A stretch of 32,000 nucleotides of DNA from Zymomonas mobilis subsp. mobilis ATCC 10988. Lineage in GTDB: Bacteria; Pseudomonadota; Alphaproteobacteria; Sphingomonadales; Sphingomonadaceae. Of this stretch, positions 31,353 to 32,000 are shown in pieces (the stretch's first letter is position 1; each line of letters begins with the position of its first letter). Location of the stretch: contig NC_017262.1 in the NCBI RefSeq assembly GCF_000175255.2, positions 30,001-62,000 of the forward strand, in the 5' to 3' direction. Under the pieces are notes generated by a model. That model was not told the origin of the DNA. It made no database searches and saw nothing but the letters and a program-made list of their open reading frames with translations. The position numbers and the translations under genes are program-made.

Positions 31353-32000
31353 CTATTTCACCCCGATCAATTTATGACTTTGAATAGATAACCGCCATAA
31401 AGGCCGCTGCATCACAAAGGCGATAGCCTTTTGGATATTTTCTTTTTGATATTCGTCATCCATTGGCTGGATCAGATAATGATCGAAATCCAGCTTTTCC
31501 AAAGCCTCAATATCAATGCCTTTTTGTGGCCATACCAGTTTTATTTCATTGCCTTTTTCAAGGATAATCTGGCTTCCTGCCTTGGGACTCATGCAAACCC
31601 AATCAATCGCAGACGGGACAGGCTGCGTTCCATTGGTCTCGATAGCGATTTCAAAAGCCTGATTTTTTAAAGCCAGCAGCAAAGCCTCATCTACTTGTAA
31701 TAATGGCTCACCGCCCGTCAAAACGACAAAAGGCCGAACATATTGATATCGGCTTTCAAGCGCCTCTTTCCACAATCGAATGGCCTGTTCTGCCAATTCT
31801 TCTGCGGTAAATCGTCCGCCATTTTCGCCATCAATACCGACAAAATCAGTATCACAAAAACGGCAAGTCGCCTGTTCACGGTCATCTTCGCGACCATTCC
31901 ACAGATTACAACCGGCAAAGCGAATAAAGACAGCCCGTCTTCCAGCTTGGATACCTTCACCCTGTAACGTCAGGAAACTTTCTTTAACGGCGTAATGACG
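31353..32000 (-). CDS. queE: 7-carboxy-7-deazaguanine synthase (radical SAM); start lies at or beyond the window edge
   Basis: Minus strand at the window end reads YAVKESFLTLQGEGIQAGRRAVFIRFAGCNLWNGREDDREQATCRFCDTDFVGIDGENGGRFTAEELAEQAIR, then VVLTGGEPLLQ and IAIETNGT. The cluster is CNLWNG...CRFC, as in the longer-insert QueE type. Confidence 0.93.
   Translation of the reverse strand, partial: RHYAVKESFLTLQGEGIQAGRRAVFIRFAGCNLWNGREDDREQATCRFCDTDFVGIDGENGGRFTAEELAEQAIRLWKEALESRYQYVRPFVVLTGGEPLLQVDEALLLALKNQAFEIAIETNGTQPVPSAIDWVCMSPKAGSQIILEKGNEIKLVWPQKGIDIEALEKLDFDHYLIQPMDDEYQKENIQKAIAFVMQRPLWRLSIQSHKLIGVK

Overview
This looks like a chromosomal window from a sphingomonad-like alphaproteobacterium. 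Gene content suggests Zymomonas, but that is inferred from protein families and I could not search for it. Most of the window is ordinary housekeeping sequence: rapZ (partial), hprK (short form), chvG/chvI, guaB, rsmB, a TPR lipoprotein-like gene, rsmA-pdxA-surA-lptD, pepA-holC, class I fumarase, tlyA, ubiK-like, ybjN-like, proC, lipB and queE (partial). Four places are less ordinary. (1) Around 29.18-31.17 kb, a ComF-like phosphoribosyltransferase gene overlaps a SLOG/DprA-like Rossmann gene by an ATGA. Together they form a two-gene nucleotide-centred cassette of unknown function. (2) The first cassette gene is split by an 849 bp IS5-family (IS427-like) element at 29518-30366. It inserted at CTAG with a TA duplication; removing it in silico restores one 191-aa reading frame. 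The transposase needs a -1 frameshift and takes its stop codon from the target site. (3) At 7.4-11.2 kb there is a probable operon of two tandem thymidylate-kinase-like P-loop genes, a Wzx-like flippase and an orphan CHAD-like protein. (4) At 24.9-27.3 kb a TonB-dependent receptor is broken by one in-frame TGA. No CRISPR array, tRNA or rRNA was seen.
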